A stretch of 63,996 bases of DNA, the filler included, from Anaerolineae bacterium (GTDB lineage: Bacteria; Chloroflexota; Anaerolineae; B4-G1; DUEL01), in NCBI GenBank assembly GCA_041082215.1. It is 6 parts of 6 records of this genome, joined end to end, with 100 filler letters (N's around TTAATTAATTAA, not from the genome) between each part and the next. Parts side by side here need not be neighbours in the genome. Positions count along the whole stretch, not along the records: positions 24,863 to 47,606 come from JBDOIF010000105.1; 5 more parts are not named here. One strand, 5' to 3'. Of this stretch, positions 38,138 to 47,706 are shown piece by piece. A model generated the notes under the pieces. It saw only the letters and a program-made list of their open reading frames with translations. It was not told where the DNA came from and made no database searches. Position 1 is the stretch's first letter. Each line of letters begins with the position of its first letter. The translations under genes were made by a program, and so were the position numbers.

Positions 38138-38896
38138 TCACACCCCTTTCCTTCTTCGTCTCCAGATCCTCCACACCATCCGCAGGAATCGGAGGGTGTC
38201 TTTGACGGGGTGGAAGTAGCTGGGCTTGTCAATCCCGTAGATGGTGCGGATAGGGACCCAGCCGATGGGATAGCCCAGCCGCACCGCCTCGGCGATCATC
38301 TCCACCTCCATTTCAAACCCGGTGCTGGAAAGCTGCAACTTCTCCAGAAGACGGCGGGTCATCACCCGGTAGCCGCTCTGGTTATCGGTGACCTTTTGCC
38401 CCAGAGCTAGAGAGAGAAGCCAGGCACCCAGTGGGGTGGACCACCAGCGGGGCCAGGGCATCTGGGAGAAGTCCCGCTCGCCGATGATCAGCTCCCCCTC
38501 CCCGGCCTCCAGAGCAGCCAGCAGTTTCGGGATCTCCGTCGGGTCGTGCTGACCGTCGGCATCCAGGGTGAGGACGGCATCGTAGCCGTGTTCCAGCGCC
38601 CAGGCAAAGCCGGTCTTCAGGGCCGCCCCCTTCCCCCGGTTCTGGGGATGGCGGATGACCCAGGCCCCGGCGGCCCGGGCGACCTCAGCGGTCCTGTCGG
38701 TGGAGCCGTCGTCTACTACCAGAACGGGCAGATAGGCCCCTGCCCCCTCGATGATGGGGCGGATGCGCTCCGCCTCGTTCCAGGCCGGGATCAATGCCAG
38801 CACCGCCTGCGGTTGCCCAAAGGGGGACCGATCGGGGGACGGGGCGCTCTCGGCATCAGGAACGCAGGGCTGCAAGCTCTTCACCTGTGCCTCCAA
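38138..38896 (-). CDS. GT2 glycosyltransferase, polyprenol-phosphate sugar synthase (DPM1)-like
   Basis: IPAWNE, VDDGSTD, GKGAA, DADGQH, DNQSGYR; start uncertain. Confidence 0.9.
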   Translation of the reverse strand: MEAQVKSLQPCVPDAESAPSPDRSPFGQPQAVLALIPAWNEAERIRPIIEGAGAYLPVLVVDDGSTDRTAEVARAAGAWVIRHPQNRGKGAALKTGFAWALEHGYDAVLTLDADGQHDPTEIPKLLAALEAGEGELIIGERDFSQMPWPRWWSTPLGAWLLSLALGQKVTDNQSGYRVMTRRLLEKLQLSSTGFEMEVEMIAEAVRLGYPIGWVPIRTIYGIDKPSYFHPVKDTLRFLRMVWRIWRRRRKGV

Positions 38897-39592
38897 TCAC
38901 CATTCTCGCGGCACGTTCCATTCCGGTTCCCGCCGCCAGTTCGCCGTCACCTGAGCCGGGTCGAAGGTCTCCTCACTCAGCTCCACCCCCAGTATCCGTC
39001 CCAGGCGGAGCGAGACCACGTGCCCGTGTTCGTAGGAGTAGGCCCACAGATAATCGTTGGCCCGGGTCGCGGGCGTCTTACCCGGCCTGATATCCAGCGG
39101 AGCGACGAAAAAGGTCTCCTCTGGCTCCCCCGGCCCCGACTTATAGCGCACGTAGCACTTACGGCGCTGGCGAATGGCCTCTTTCACCCGATCCATGATG
39201 CGGCTTACGTTCAGCTCGACCGCCACCGCCAGCGCGGCCTGCACCTGATCGGGGTTCCTGGCCTGAAGAATCTGCCGCCTCGCTGCTTCGGCTGCCTCCT
39301 GATCCTCTATCCCGCCGATCCTTTCCAGCGCCTCCGCCTTCAACTCGCTCAACTTGGCCTCGAAGCCGCCCGGCGAAACGCGAAGCTCCTGGATCCGATC
39401 CACCACCGGCAACAACAGCAACAACAGCAGCGCCACGATCAGCGCCCACAACCGGTTGCCACCCAGGTCCTGCCCACCCAGGCCGACGGTCGTCTCATAA
39501 ACCACAAAGGCGAGCACAAGGAACACGAGAAAGGTCAACACCAGCCTCGGTAACCACGCCTGCCACGGCTGCCTCTCCTGCTGTTCGTCCAT
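38897..39592 (-). CDS. Two-TM membrane protein with C-terminal WYL-like domain
   Basis: Two hydrophobic helices, helical linker, then KEAIRQRRKCYVRY..VAPLDI..YLWAY..SLRLGRILGVELSEETF. Confidence 0.7.
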   Translation of the reverse strand: MDEQQERQPWQAWLPRLVLTFLVFLVLAFVVYETTVGLGGQDLGGNRLWALIVALLLLLLLPVVDRIQELRVSPGGFEAKLSELKAEALERIGGIEDQEAAEAARRQILQARNPDQVQAALAVAVELNVSRIMDRVKEAIRQRRKCYVRYKSGPGEPEETFFVAPLDIRPGKTPATRANDYLWAYSYEHGHVVSLRLGRILGVELSEETFDPAQVTANWRREPEWNVPREW

Positions 39593-39674
39593 CGCACCTG
39601 CCTCCCCCGGGATTGCTGAGCTGTACAGATTATACTAGCTCCCGCAGACTGCGCCAACCAGGGGCTTCGGTGGG

Positions 39675-39864
39675 GGCGTACTTCAATTTCGGGGCGAGTG
39701 GTCCTCTCACCCGCCAGCGGATCGCGAATCCCACGAATGGCCCGAATACCGCGAACAGGAGGAAGCCCTGCTCCATTCGCGGTATTCGTTTCCATTCGCG
39801 TTATTCGTGTTTCCCCAGGTCCGGCCCGGGCCAGGGACATCTCGCCCCCAGACTGAAATACACC
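39675..39864. repeat. MITE-like composite inverted-repeat element
   Basis: Outer IR 39676-39698 / 39841-39863 (18 of 23 match); inner 9-mer CGAAT / ATTCG inverted arrays. Confidence 0.6.
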
Positions 39865-39871
39865 TGTTTGG

Positions 39872-39880
39872 TGGTATAAT
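39872..39880 (+). promoter_or_regulatory. Extended -10 promoter, near-leaderless
   Basis: TGGTATAAT, ATG 9 nt downstream. Confidence 0.5.
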
Positions 39881-39889
39881 TGAGAGCAA

Positions 39890-40258
39890 ATGGACCCCCT
39901 GGAGTTTGAGCGATTGGTCGCCGAGGTGCTGGATGGCCTGCCGGACCTCTTCCGGGAGCGACTGGAGAACGTGGCGGTGGTGGTGGAGGAGTGGCCGGAC
40001 CCTGAAACGATGCGGCTGGCCGGGGTGCGCCACCCTGCCCAGCTCCTGGGCTTCTATCATGGCATACCCCAGACGCAGCGGACCCACCACTACGGCCTCG
40101 TCCTCCCCGATAAGATCAGCATCTACCGGAGGCCGATCCTGATGCGCTGCCGCAACCTGGAGGAGGTGCGGGCTACCGTCCGACGGGTTGTCCTCCACGA
40201 GCTGGGCCATCACTTCGGCATAGACGACGAGCGGCTGAGGGAGCTGGGGGCGTATTGA
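39890..40258 (+). CDS. Minimal zincin metallopeptidase family protein
   Basis: LLGFYHG, PDKISIYRRP, VLHELGHHFG. Confidence 0.88.
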   Translation: MDPLEFERLVAEVLDGLPDLFRERLENVAVVVEEWPDPETMRLAGVRHPAQLLGFYHGIPQTQRTHHYGLVLPDKISIYRRPILMRCRNLEEVRATVRRVVLHELGHHFGIDDERLRELGAY

Positions 40259-40295
40259 GACGCGGGGACGCGGGGACACGGGGAGAGGGGGAGGG

Positions 40296-41597
40296 ATGCG
40301 CGTGCGGCTGGCGTACGGTCGGAAAGGGCTGTGGATCGAACTGCCCGACGGGGCTCCCGTGACCGTGATCGAGCCGACCTTCACGCCGGGCCTGCCGGAT
40401 GAGCAGGCGGCGATCCTGGAGGCGCTACAGGCTCCCCTGAGCGCCCCACCCCTGCGGGAACGGGTCCGTCCCGACGACACGGTGGCGGTGGTCTTCAGCG
40501 ACCTGACCCGCCCGATGCCGAACGACCGGGTGTTGCCCCCCTTGCTTGCGGAGCTGGCCCGGGCTGGCGTGCCGGACGAGCAGGTCGTGCTGATCAACGG
40601 GCTGGGCACTCACCGGCCCCAGACCGAAGATGAGCTGAAGCGGATGCTGGGGTCGGAGGTGGTGAGCCGCTACCGCATCCTCCAGCACGACGCCTGGGAT
40701 GAGGGGGGTCTGGTCGAGGTGGGGCGGAACCGGGCCGGACGGCCGGTGCGGGTCAACCGGGCCTATATGGAAGCCTCGATCCGCATCCTCACTGGCTTTA
40801 TCGAACCCCATTTCTTCGCTGGCTTCAGCGGCGGACCCAAGGCTGTGTTGCCCGGCATCGCCGACATCGGGGCGATCCTGGATAACCACGGCGCCTCGAT
40901 GCTGGCCCATCCCAACGCCACCTGGGCGGTGACGGAGGGGAACCCGGTGTGGGAGGAGATGCTGGAAGTGGCCCTCCGCACCGAACCGACCTTTCTCCTC
41001 AACGTTGCCCTCAACCGGGAGCGAGCGATCACCGGGGTCTTCGCTGGCGACCTGTTGGAGGCCCATCGGGCGGGAGTGGCCTTTGTGCGGGAGCACGCCC
41101 TCCAGCCGGTGGAAGCCCCCTTCGACATCGTGATCACCTCCAACAGCGGTTACCCGCTTGACCTGAACCTCTATCAGGCGGTCAAAGGGATGTCCGCCGC
41201 AGCGCAGATCGTGCGGCCCGGCGGCCATATCATCGTCGCCGCCGAATGCTGGGACGGCATCCCCAACCATGGGGAGTACAGGCGGCTACTGTGGGAAGCC
41301 ACAAGCCCCGAGGCGCTGCTGGAGCGGCTGATGGCCCCCGACTTCCGCTGCCAGGACCAGTGGGAGGCGCAGATCCATGCCCAGATCGCCCTCAAAGCCA
41401 CTGTCCACGTCTACGCCGACGGCCTCTCCGATGAGGAATTGCAGCGGGCGCTTGTTGTTCCCTGTCGCTCCATTGAGGGAACGGTGGACCGGTTGCTGCG
41501 GGAAAACCCGTCGGCAACCATCGCCGTTCTCCCCGACGGGCCGCAGACAGTGCCCTACATACCGCACAACATGCAACACGTAATACATCTCATATAG
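40296..41597 (+). CDS. larA: Nickel-dependent lactate racemase family protein
   Basis: SDLTRP, GLGTHR, EPHFFAGFSGGPK, NLYQAVKG. Confidence 0.9.
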   Translation: MRVRLAYGRKGLWIELPDGAPVTVIEPTFTPGLPDEQAAILEALQAPLSAPPLRERVRPDDTVAVVFSDLTRPMPNDRVLPPLLAELARAGVPDEQVVLINGLGTHRPQTEDELKRMLGSEVVSRYRILQHDAWDEGGLVEVGRNRAGRPVRVNRAYMEASIRILTGFIEPHFFAGFSGGPKAVLPGIADIGAILDNHGASMLAHPNATWAVTEGNPVWEEMLEVALRTEPTFLLNVALNRERAITGVFAGDLLEAHRAGVAFVREHALQPVEAPFDIVITSNSGYPLDLNLYQAVKGMSAAAQIVRPGGHIIVAAECWDGIPNHGEYRRLLWEATSPEALLERLMAPDFRCQDQWEAQIHAQIALKATVHVYADGLSDEELQRALVVPCRSIEGTVDRLLRENPSATIAVLPDGPQTVPYIPHNMQHVIHLI

Positions 41598-41629
41598 CGA
41601 GTGTTGCGTGGCGGAGAGGAGATGGACCG

Positions 41630-43057
41630 ATGAGGAGATACCGTCCTGTGACCCCGGCGATCGCCGATGAGCTGCGGGCCATTGTCGGCGAACAGCATGT
41701 GATCTACGACGACCCGGAGCGGATGCGGAACTACGCCCACGACGAGGTGGCTGGGGAAGAGTACGCCCACATGCCGGAGGTGGTGGTCAAGCCACGGACG
41801 GCGGAGGAGATCAGCCAGATTATGCGGCTGGCCAACCGGGAGCTCATCCCGGTCACCCCCAGGGGGGCGGGTTCCGGCCTCTCCTGCGGCGCGGTGCCGG
41901 TTTGCGGAGGTATTGTCCTCTCCGTGGAGCGGATGAACCGCATCCTGGAGATTGACCGGGAGAACCTGGTGGTCGTGGTCGAGCCGGGAGTGGTCACCAA
42001 CGACATCAACGAGGCGGTGCAGGAGTACGGCCTCTTTTACGCTGGCTATCCGATGAGCGTGGAGAGCTGCTTTGTGGGCGGAAACGTGGCGGAGAACGCT
42101 GGCGGAGGCCGGGCGATCAAGTACGGGGTGACCGGGAACTATGTGCTGGGACTGGAGGTGGTGCTGCCCACCGGCGAGATCGTCCGACTGGGGGGCAGGC
42201 GGGTGAAAGACGTCACCGGCTACGACCTGATCCACCTGATGGTCGGCTCGGAGGGGACACTGGGCGTCTTCACCCAGATCATCCTGCGACTGCTCCCCCT
42301 CCCCCGCGCGCGGGTGGTCCTGCTGGTCCCCTTCCCCGATGTAGAGACGGCCATCGCCGCTGTGCCGCGGGTGGTGACCCAGGGCCGTCTGATCCCCTCC
42401 GCCGTCGAGTTTATGGACCGGCTTTCGGTGCAGGCCGCCTACGAGTTCCTGAACGAGCGACCACCCCATCCAGATATCGGGGCGATGTTGCTCATCGAGG
42501 TGGACGGCTACAGCCGGGAGCAGGTGGAGACGGAGTACAGTACGGTGGTGGAAGTATGCCTGGAGGCGGGGGCGCTGGATGTATATGTGGGGGATAACCC
42601 GGCCACAGAGCGGCGGATGTGGCGACCACGTCAGAATCTGGCGGAGGCCTTCAAAGTGGTCTGCCCGGTGCAGAGCCTGGAGGATATCGTGGTGCCGCTG
42701 TCCCAGATTCCGGCTTTGATGCCGGAATTGGAACGGCTCTCCCAGAAGTACGGGGTGCTCATCCCGTGCTACGGCCACGCCGGGGACGGCAACCTCCACG
42801 CCACGGTGATCAAGCGGCCCGAAATGCCGATAGAAGAGTGGGAGGAAAAGCTGCCGGCGATCCTGAAAGAACTCTATGGGATCGTAGCCAGGCTGGGAGG
42901 GACCATCAGCGGGGAGCACGGAATCGGCTCCAAGCGGGCGGAGTACCTGCCGCTGGTGATGGACCCGGTACTGATCGAGTTACAACGAGGTATCAAGCGG
43001 CTGTTCGACCCGTTGAACATCCTCAACCCTGGCAAGATCTTTCCAGGAGAACACTGA
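41630..43057 (+). CDS. FAD-linked oxidase, GlcD / D-lactate dehydrogenase-like
   Basis: PRGAGSGLS, GSEGTLG, GHAGDGNLH, GEHGIG, LNPGKIF; adjacent to larA. Confidence 0.92.
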   Translation: MRRYRPVTPAIADELRAIVGEQHVIYDDPERMRNYAHDEVAGEEYAHMPEVVVKPRTAEEISQIMRLANRELIPVTPRGAGSGLSCGAVPVCGGIVLSVERMNRILEIDRENLVVVVEPGVVTNDINEAVQEYGLFYAGYPMSVESCFVGGNVAENAGGGRAIKYGVTGNYVLGLEVVLPTGEIVRLGGRRVKDVTGYDLIHLMVGSEGTLGVFTQIILRLLPLPRARVVLLVPFPDVETAIAAVPRVVTQGRLIPSAVEFMDRLSVQAAYEFLNERPPHPDIGAMLLIEVDGYSREQVETEYSTVVEVCLEAGALDVYVGDNPATERRMWRPRQNLAEAFKVVCPVQSLEDIVVPLSQIPALMPELERLSQKYGVLIPCYGHAGDGNLHATVIKRPEMPIEEWEEKLPAILKELYGIVARLGGTISGEHGIGSKRAEYLPLVMDPVLIELQRGIKRLFDPLNILNPGKIFPGEH

Positions 43058-43139
43058 AGGGGCGAAAGCTGGAGAACACTGAAGCAGTGAAGCTGTTGAA
43101 GATACTGAGGTCACCGCGTCACCGTGTCACCGTGTCCCT

Positions 43140-44432
43140 CTACGGTTCCACCTCCCGGGCGGCATCGGCAGCGGCTTCTGCCGGACTGAGGCGACCGCTG
43201 AGCACTCCATCCAGCGCCTCCTGGAGGGGAGGGCCTATCGCTGCGCGGACCATGGAGAGTGGATCGGCCTGAGCGCCTTCCAGCAATGCTTCCAGCACAG
43301 CTCTCTCCTCCTCCGGCATGTTCCAGGCCGCCAGCCCTCCCCGCGTCGCGGGTAGATAGCCGGTGTACTGGGTCCAGGTTCCATACCATTCGGGATCGAA
43401 CAGCCAGGCAAGCAGCTCCATCGCCTGCCCCTGCCGCTGAGGGTCCGCCGTCACCAACGCCAGCGTCCAGCCCCTCGCCAGAGCCACTACCCGACCGTCC
43501 TTCGTGGGGATCGCCGCCGGAGCGGCCATGCTCTCCCGCTCGGTCCAGAAGCGACGGGAGTTCACCACTGCCATTCCGGCCTGCCCGTTCTGGAAAAGGC
43601 TCCAGCACCCGTCGGTGTGGGTTATGGAACGGACGACGGTGGGTGAGATGACGCCGGCCGCTACTGCCTGTGTATAGAACTCAAGCACCGCCGTAAGGGG
43701 CTCCACCTCCAGTTGGGGCTTCCCCTCCCCGTCGGTCAGACGGCCCCCCGCGCCCAGGTACTGCACCAGCGTGGCATCATTCACCCCATTTTCCTGACCG
43801 GCGGCCGGGAAAACGAAGGACGTCCCACTGGAAAGGACATCGGTCCAGGTGACAGGCGGCCGGGCGATCAGGGAAGGGCGATAGGCCAGATGCTCCACCT
43901 CTACTGCGAACGGGATGCCCACCGTCTGCCCGTCCACCTGACCCAGCGCGACAGCGTAGGGGAAACGTTCCGCCGCCAGCTCTTCCGGCAGCAGGCTGTC
44001 CAGCGGCTGCAGCAGCCCGGACCAGGCAGCCACGCGCAGGTCTGCCGTCCTCAGCACAACCAGGTCAGGCAGGACCGAAGGGGCAGCCACGCTGGCCGTC
44101 CGCAGGAAGTCCAGCAGCCCTCCCCGCCCCTGCGCTTTCTTGACGATGACCCCCACCTGCAGGTCCTCGTGGGCCTGCCCAAACGACTCCAGGCGCTCGG
44201 CCAGGAGCGCGGCCTCCGCTCCCTCGTCGTAAGGGTTCAGCTCCGGCGGCACCCACAGGGTGAGCGTAGTGACGAGAGGAGCGGGAGAGAGCAGGGCAGG
44301 AGTTGTCGTGGGAGGAAGGGGAGTGGGAGTGGAAGTAGGCGGGGGAAGGGTCGGGGCAGGGGTGGCCGCTGGCAGACACCCGGCCAGCAGCATCGCCAGC
44401 ATCGCGAGCAGGGCCGGGCCGCTACTCCGCAT
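43140..44432 (-). CDS. Extracellular solute-binding lipoprotein (sugar-type family), no adjacent permease
   Basis: Lipobox LAGC, Pro/Thr linker, LPDLVVL, GLLQPLD, GYLPA; ATG at 44432. Confidence 0.8.
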   Translation of the reverse strand: MRSSGPALLAMLAMLLAGCLPAATPAPTLPPPTSTPTPLPPTTTPALLSPAPLVTTLTLWVPPELNPYDEGAEAALLAERLESFGQAHEDLQVGVIVKKAQGRGGLLDFLRTASVAAPSVLPDLVVLRTADLRVAAWSGLLQPLDSLLPEELAAERFPYAVALGQVDGQTVGIPFAVEVEHLAYRPSLIARPPVTWTDVLSSGTSFVFPAAGQENGVNDATLVQYLGAGGRLTDGEGKPQLEVEPLTAVLEFYTQAVAAGVISPTVVRSITHTDGCWSLFQNGQAGMAVVNSRRFWTERESMAAPAAIPTKDGRVVALARGWTLALVTADPQRQGQAMELLAWLFDPEWYGTWTQYTGYLPATRGGLAAWNMPEEERAVLEALLEGAQADPLSMVRAAIGPPLQEALDGVLSGRLSPAEAAADAAREVEP

Positions 44433-44991
44433 ACCGCTGTTCCTTCCAGGGGTCTCCCTCGTTATGGTAGCCGGCCTGCTCCCAGAAGCCGGGACGGTCC
44501 TCAAACATAAACTCCAGCCCCCGCACCCACTTGGCCGACTTCCAGAAGTACAGGTCGGGCACCACCAGCCGCAGCGGCCAGCCGTGCTCCGGCGTGAGCG
44601 GTTCGCCGTCGTACTTCCATGCCAGCAGGACGTTGTCGGCCATCAGACGGAAGAGAGGGAGGTTGGTGGTGAAGCCGTGCTCGGCGTGGACCAGCACAAA
44701 CTCCGCCCCCCGCAGCGGTCGGATCCGTTCCATCAAATCGCGGAAACGGACCCCCTCCCAGACGGTGTCGAACTTCGACCAGCGGGTGACACAGTGGATA
44801 TCGGCCACGATGCGGGTGGAGGGGAGGCTGGTCAGCTCCTCGTAAGTGAAACGGACCTCCTCCTCCACTGCGCCGAAGACGCGGAGGTCCCACTCCTCCA
44901 GACTCCTATAGCGGGGAACTGTTCCATAGTGCAGGACGGGAAACCGCTTCGTGAGCACCTGTCCGGGGGGCAGACGGTCTCTCTCTGTCAC
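44422..44991 (-). CDS. Sulfite oxidase-like molybdopterin oxidoreductase
   Basis: [42 protein letters not shown] at 44991 after GGAGG. Confidence 0.92.
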   Translation of the reverse strand: MTERDRLPPGQVLTKRFPVLHYGTVPRYRSLEEWDLRVFGAVEEEVRFTYEELTSLPSTRIVADIHCVTRWSKFDTVWEGVRFRDLMERIRPLRGAEFVLVHAEHGFTTNLPLFRLMADNVLLAWKYDGEPLTPEHGWPLRLVVPDLYFWKSAKWVRGLEFMFEDRPGFWEQAGYHNEGDPWKEQRYAE

Positions 44992-45051
44992 GCTCCACCT
45001 CCTAAAACACAGAGAAATTGAAAACACCCAATCATCCAGCCACCCCCAGCC

Positions 45052-45786
45052 TCACAACCCCACATCCCAACCGATCCCCAGCCGGGTCATCCAGACTCCC
45101 AGCAACCGCAGCCAGTCCATAAACAGCAATACTCCGAAAATCACCAGCAGAACGCCGATCCCGACCTGGATGGCGGGCAGGTAGCGATGCATCCGGCGCA
45201 GGAAAGGGCCGATCCGGTCCACTGCCAGCCCCACCAGCAGGAAGGGAAGCCCCAGCCCGGCGGAGTAGGCCCCCAGAAGCCCCGCCGCTTTGCCCACCAT
45301 CCCCTGGACAGCACTGAAGGCCAGGATGCCGCCGAGGACCGGCCCGACGCAGGGGGTCCAGCCGGCAGCGAAGGAGACGCCGACAAGGGCGGAGGAGAGG
45401 TATCCCCAGTGAGGCCGGGCACGGAAATGCACCCGCCGCTCGGTATAGAAGAAGGGGAGTTTGACGAGGCCGGTCAGGGCGAGGCCGAAGAAGACCATGA
45501 CCAGGCCACCGATCCAGCGGACCCAATCGGAGCGGAGCAGGCGACCCAGCCCTCCGGCCGCCACGCCCAGAATGATGAAGACTGTGGAAAAACCTGCGAC
45601 GAAGGCCAGGGCATGCAGGAAGGTGGCGAGCCGTTCGGCCAGGGTGCGTCTTTCTTCCGGGGCGACGACGGCCTGCCCGCCCAGGTAGCCGATGTAAGCC
45701 GGCACCAGCGGCAGGACACAGGGGGAAAGGAATGAGGCCAGGCCGGCCAGGAAGGCCAGGATGACCGAGGGGCCAGTTACTCCCAT
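45052..45786 (-). CDS. ccdA: Cytochrome c biogenesis / thiol-disulfide transporter CcdA
   Basis: SFLSPCVLPLVP and GWTPCVGP. Confidence 0.92.
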   Translation of the reverse strand: MGVTGPSVILAFLAGLASFLSPCVLPLVPAYIGYLGGQAVVAPEERRTLAERLATFLHALAFVAGFSTVFIILGVAAGGLGRLLRSDWVRWIGGLVMVFFGLALTGLVKLPFFYTERRVHFRARPHWGYLSSALVGVSFAAGWTPCVGPVLGGILAFSAVQGMVGKAAGLLGAYSAGLGLPFLLVGLAVDRIGPFLRRMHRYLPAIQVGIGVLLVIFGVLLFMDWLRLLGVWMTRLGIGWDVGL

Positions 45787-45904
45787 TCCGTCCGATGACT
45801 CCTCTGCCAGTTGGATTGGGACTTATTATAACACAGATGCACGAGGAGTCATCTTCCGTCCCATCCGCCTGCAGGACAGGCTGAAGCTTATCCTACAGCG
45901 CCTG

Positions 45905-46001
45905 ACGTGCTGAGGGCCGGGGATGCCGCCTATCGGCTCTTCGCCGAATCCCCGGCCCTCACCAAAGGAGGAGAAGAAGAGATACCGCCCCTGACTCTTC
46001 A
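45905..46001 (-). ncRNA. Candidate small RNA with anti-Shine-Dalgarno motif
   Basis: TAGAAT -10 at 46008-46013 (minus), CTCCTCCTTT, then perfect 14-bp stem 45911-45924/45948-45961. Confidence 0.35.
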
Positions 46002-46192
46002 ACCTTTATTCTACCCCCTTTTCGGCCTCCGGTCTTGACGCTATCCCTACGCTTTCCCTACGGAAAACCTACGGCCAGACTTACGTAGGACAACTCCTGC
46101 GGAGTTGTCCACATCATCGTAAGAGGGGGCGGCTTTGCGCTCTTCCCCGCTATGGGTATCATAGGAACACACCGTATTGGAGGGAGGGCGGG

Positions 46193-47356
46193 ATGAGCTA
46201 CCTGAGCCATCTGGAGTGTGCCCTTTGTGGCAAGGAGTACGCGGCCGACCGGCTGCAGGGCATGTGCCCGACCTGTGCCCGTCCCCTGCTGGCCCGCTAC
46301 AGCCTGACGGCGGTCCGTTCGCTGGGCCGGGAGGCGGCGATCACCGACGAACCCACCCTGTGGCGCTACCGGTCTTTGTTGCCGGTGCAGAGCCGGGAGG
46401 CCGAGGTCAGTCTCGGGGAGGGATTCACGCCGCTGCTCCCCGCCCGTCGGCTGGGGGCGGAGCTGGGGCTTCCCCACCTGTACATCAAGGATGAGAGTCT
46501 CAATCCCACGGGGTCCTTTAAGGCGCGGGGGCTGGCGGTGGCGATCTCCCGGGCAAAGGAGCTGGGGGTGCAGGAGGTGGTGATCCCATCGGCGGGGAAC
46601 GCCGCCGGGGCGATGGCCGCATATGCCGCCCGGGCAGGGCTCCGTGCCCACGTCTACATGCCCGCCGATGTGCCCGGCCCCTTCCGTATGGAATGCGAAG
46701 CGCTGGGAGCGGAGGTCGTTCTGGTGGAGGGGCTTATCACCGATTGCGGTCGGAAGGCCCGCCTGGACGCCGAGGCCAAAGGCTGGTTTGATCTCTCCAC
46801 CCTCAAGGAGCCCTACCGGCTGGAGGGGAAGAAGACGATGGGGTATGAGCTGGCGGAGCAGTTCGGCTGGGAGCTGCCGGACGTGATCATCTACCCCACA
46901 GGAGGAGGGACTGGCCTGGTAGGGATGTGGAAGGCCTTTGGGGAGCTGGGAGAACTGGGCTGGATCGGGGAGCGGCGGCCGCGGATGGTGACAGTGCAAA
47001 GCGCGGGTTGCGCCCCCATTGTCCGTGCCTTCCACACGGGCGATGAGTTCGCCGCTCCGTGGGAGGGGGCGCGGACGATAGCCGCCGGGCTGCGGGTTCC
47101 TTCGGCGGTGGGCGATTTCCTCATCCTCCGTGCGCTACGGGAAAGCGGCGGCACCGCCGTCGCCGTTTCCGACGAGGCCCTGACCGCCGCTCAGCTCCGC
47201 ATTGCCCGCACGGAAGGGATATTCGCCTGCCCTGAAGGCGGGGCCACGCTGGCCGCCCTGGAGGTCCTGCTGAGGGACGGATGGGTCGCGCCCGAAGAGC
47301 GGGTGGTCCTCTTTAACACCGGCACCGGCCTCAAATACCCCGCCCCGTCCAAGTAG
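46193..47356 (+). CDS. thrC: Threonine synthase
   Basis: CxxC..CxxC, LGEGFTPL, NPTGSFKARG, PSAGNA, EGKKT, PTGGGTG, NTGTGLKY. Confidence 0.85.
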   Translation: MSYLSHLECALCGKEYAADRLQGMCPTCARPLLARYSLTAVRSLGREAAITDEPTLWRYRSLLPVQSREAEVSLGEGFTPLLPARRLGAELGLPHLYIKDESLNPTGSFKARGLAVAISRAKELGVQEVVIPSAGNAAGAMAAYAARAGLRAHVYMPADVPGPFRMECEALGAEVVLVEGLITDCGRKARLDAEAKGWFDLSTLKEPYRLEGKKTMGYELAEQFGWELPDVIIYPTGGGTGLVGMWKAFGELGELGWIGERRPRMVTVQSAGCAPIVRAFHTGDEFAAPWEGARTIAAGLRVPSAVGDFLILRALRESGGTAVAVSDEALTAAQLRIARTEGIFACPEGGATLAALEVLLRDGWVAPEERVVLFNTGTGLKYPAPSK

Positions 47357-47488
47357 GGGCGACCTGCAGGTCGCCCCTACCAACGGCAACCCGCAGGTCG
47401 CCCCTACCAACGGCAACCCGCAGGTCGCCCCTACCAACGGCAACCCGCAGGTCGCCCCTACCAACGGCAACCCGCAGGTCGCCCCTAC
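47353..47488. repeat. GTAG-type REP followed by four 27-bp tandem units
   Basis: gtaggggcgacctgcaggtcgcccctac + (caacggcaacccgcaggtcgcccctac)4. Confidence 0.92.
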
Positions 47489-47606
47489 GATCAAAACAGC
47501 GGAAATTCCCGACTGAGGATCCGGTCCCGCACCGTATGGACCTGAGCCAGGTATTCGTCCAGCACCGCCTGCACGTCCGCCCGGATGCTGGAGGTGAGGG
47601 AGCCGG

Positions 47607-47706
47607 NNNNNNNNNNNNNNNNNNNNNNNNNNNNNNNNNNNNNNNNNNNNTTAATTAATTAANNNNNNNNNNNNNNNNNNNNNNNNNNNNNNNNNNNNNN
47701 NNNNNN
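47607..47706. other. Artificial contig spacer
   Basis: N-run with TTAATTAATTAA linker. Confidence 0.98.

Noticed and set aside
2561..43057. Two GlcD-like paralogs as a recent duplication
   Set aside because: Clearly diverged and in different contexts (aminotransferase versus larA); ordinary paralogy.
47353..47488. Possible CRISPR array (also 36690-36768)
   Set aside because: Intervening sequences are identical and too short, and no cas genes are present; these are tandem REP duplications.
47135..47606. Minus-strand ORF end (…VQAVLDEYLAQVHTVRDRI…) reading through VGATCGLPL repeats into thrC
   Set aside because: Only ~115 nt of unique sequence before the gap; possibly a real gene 3' end, but product and stop cannot be supported.
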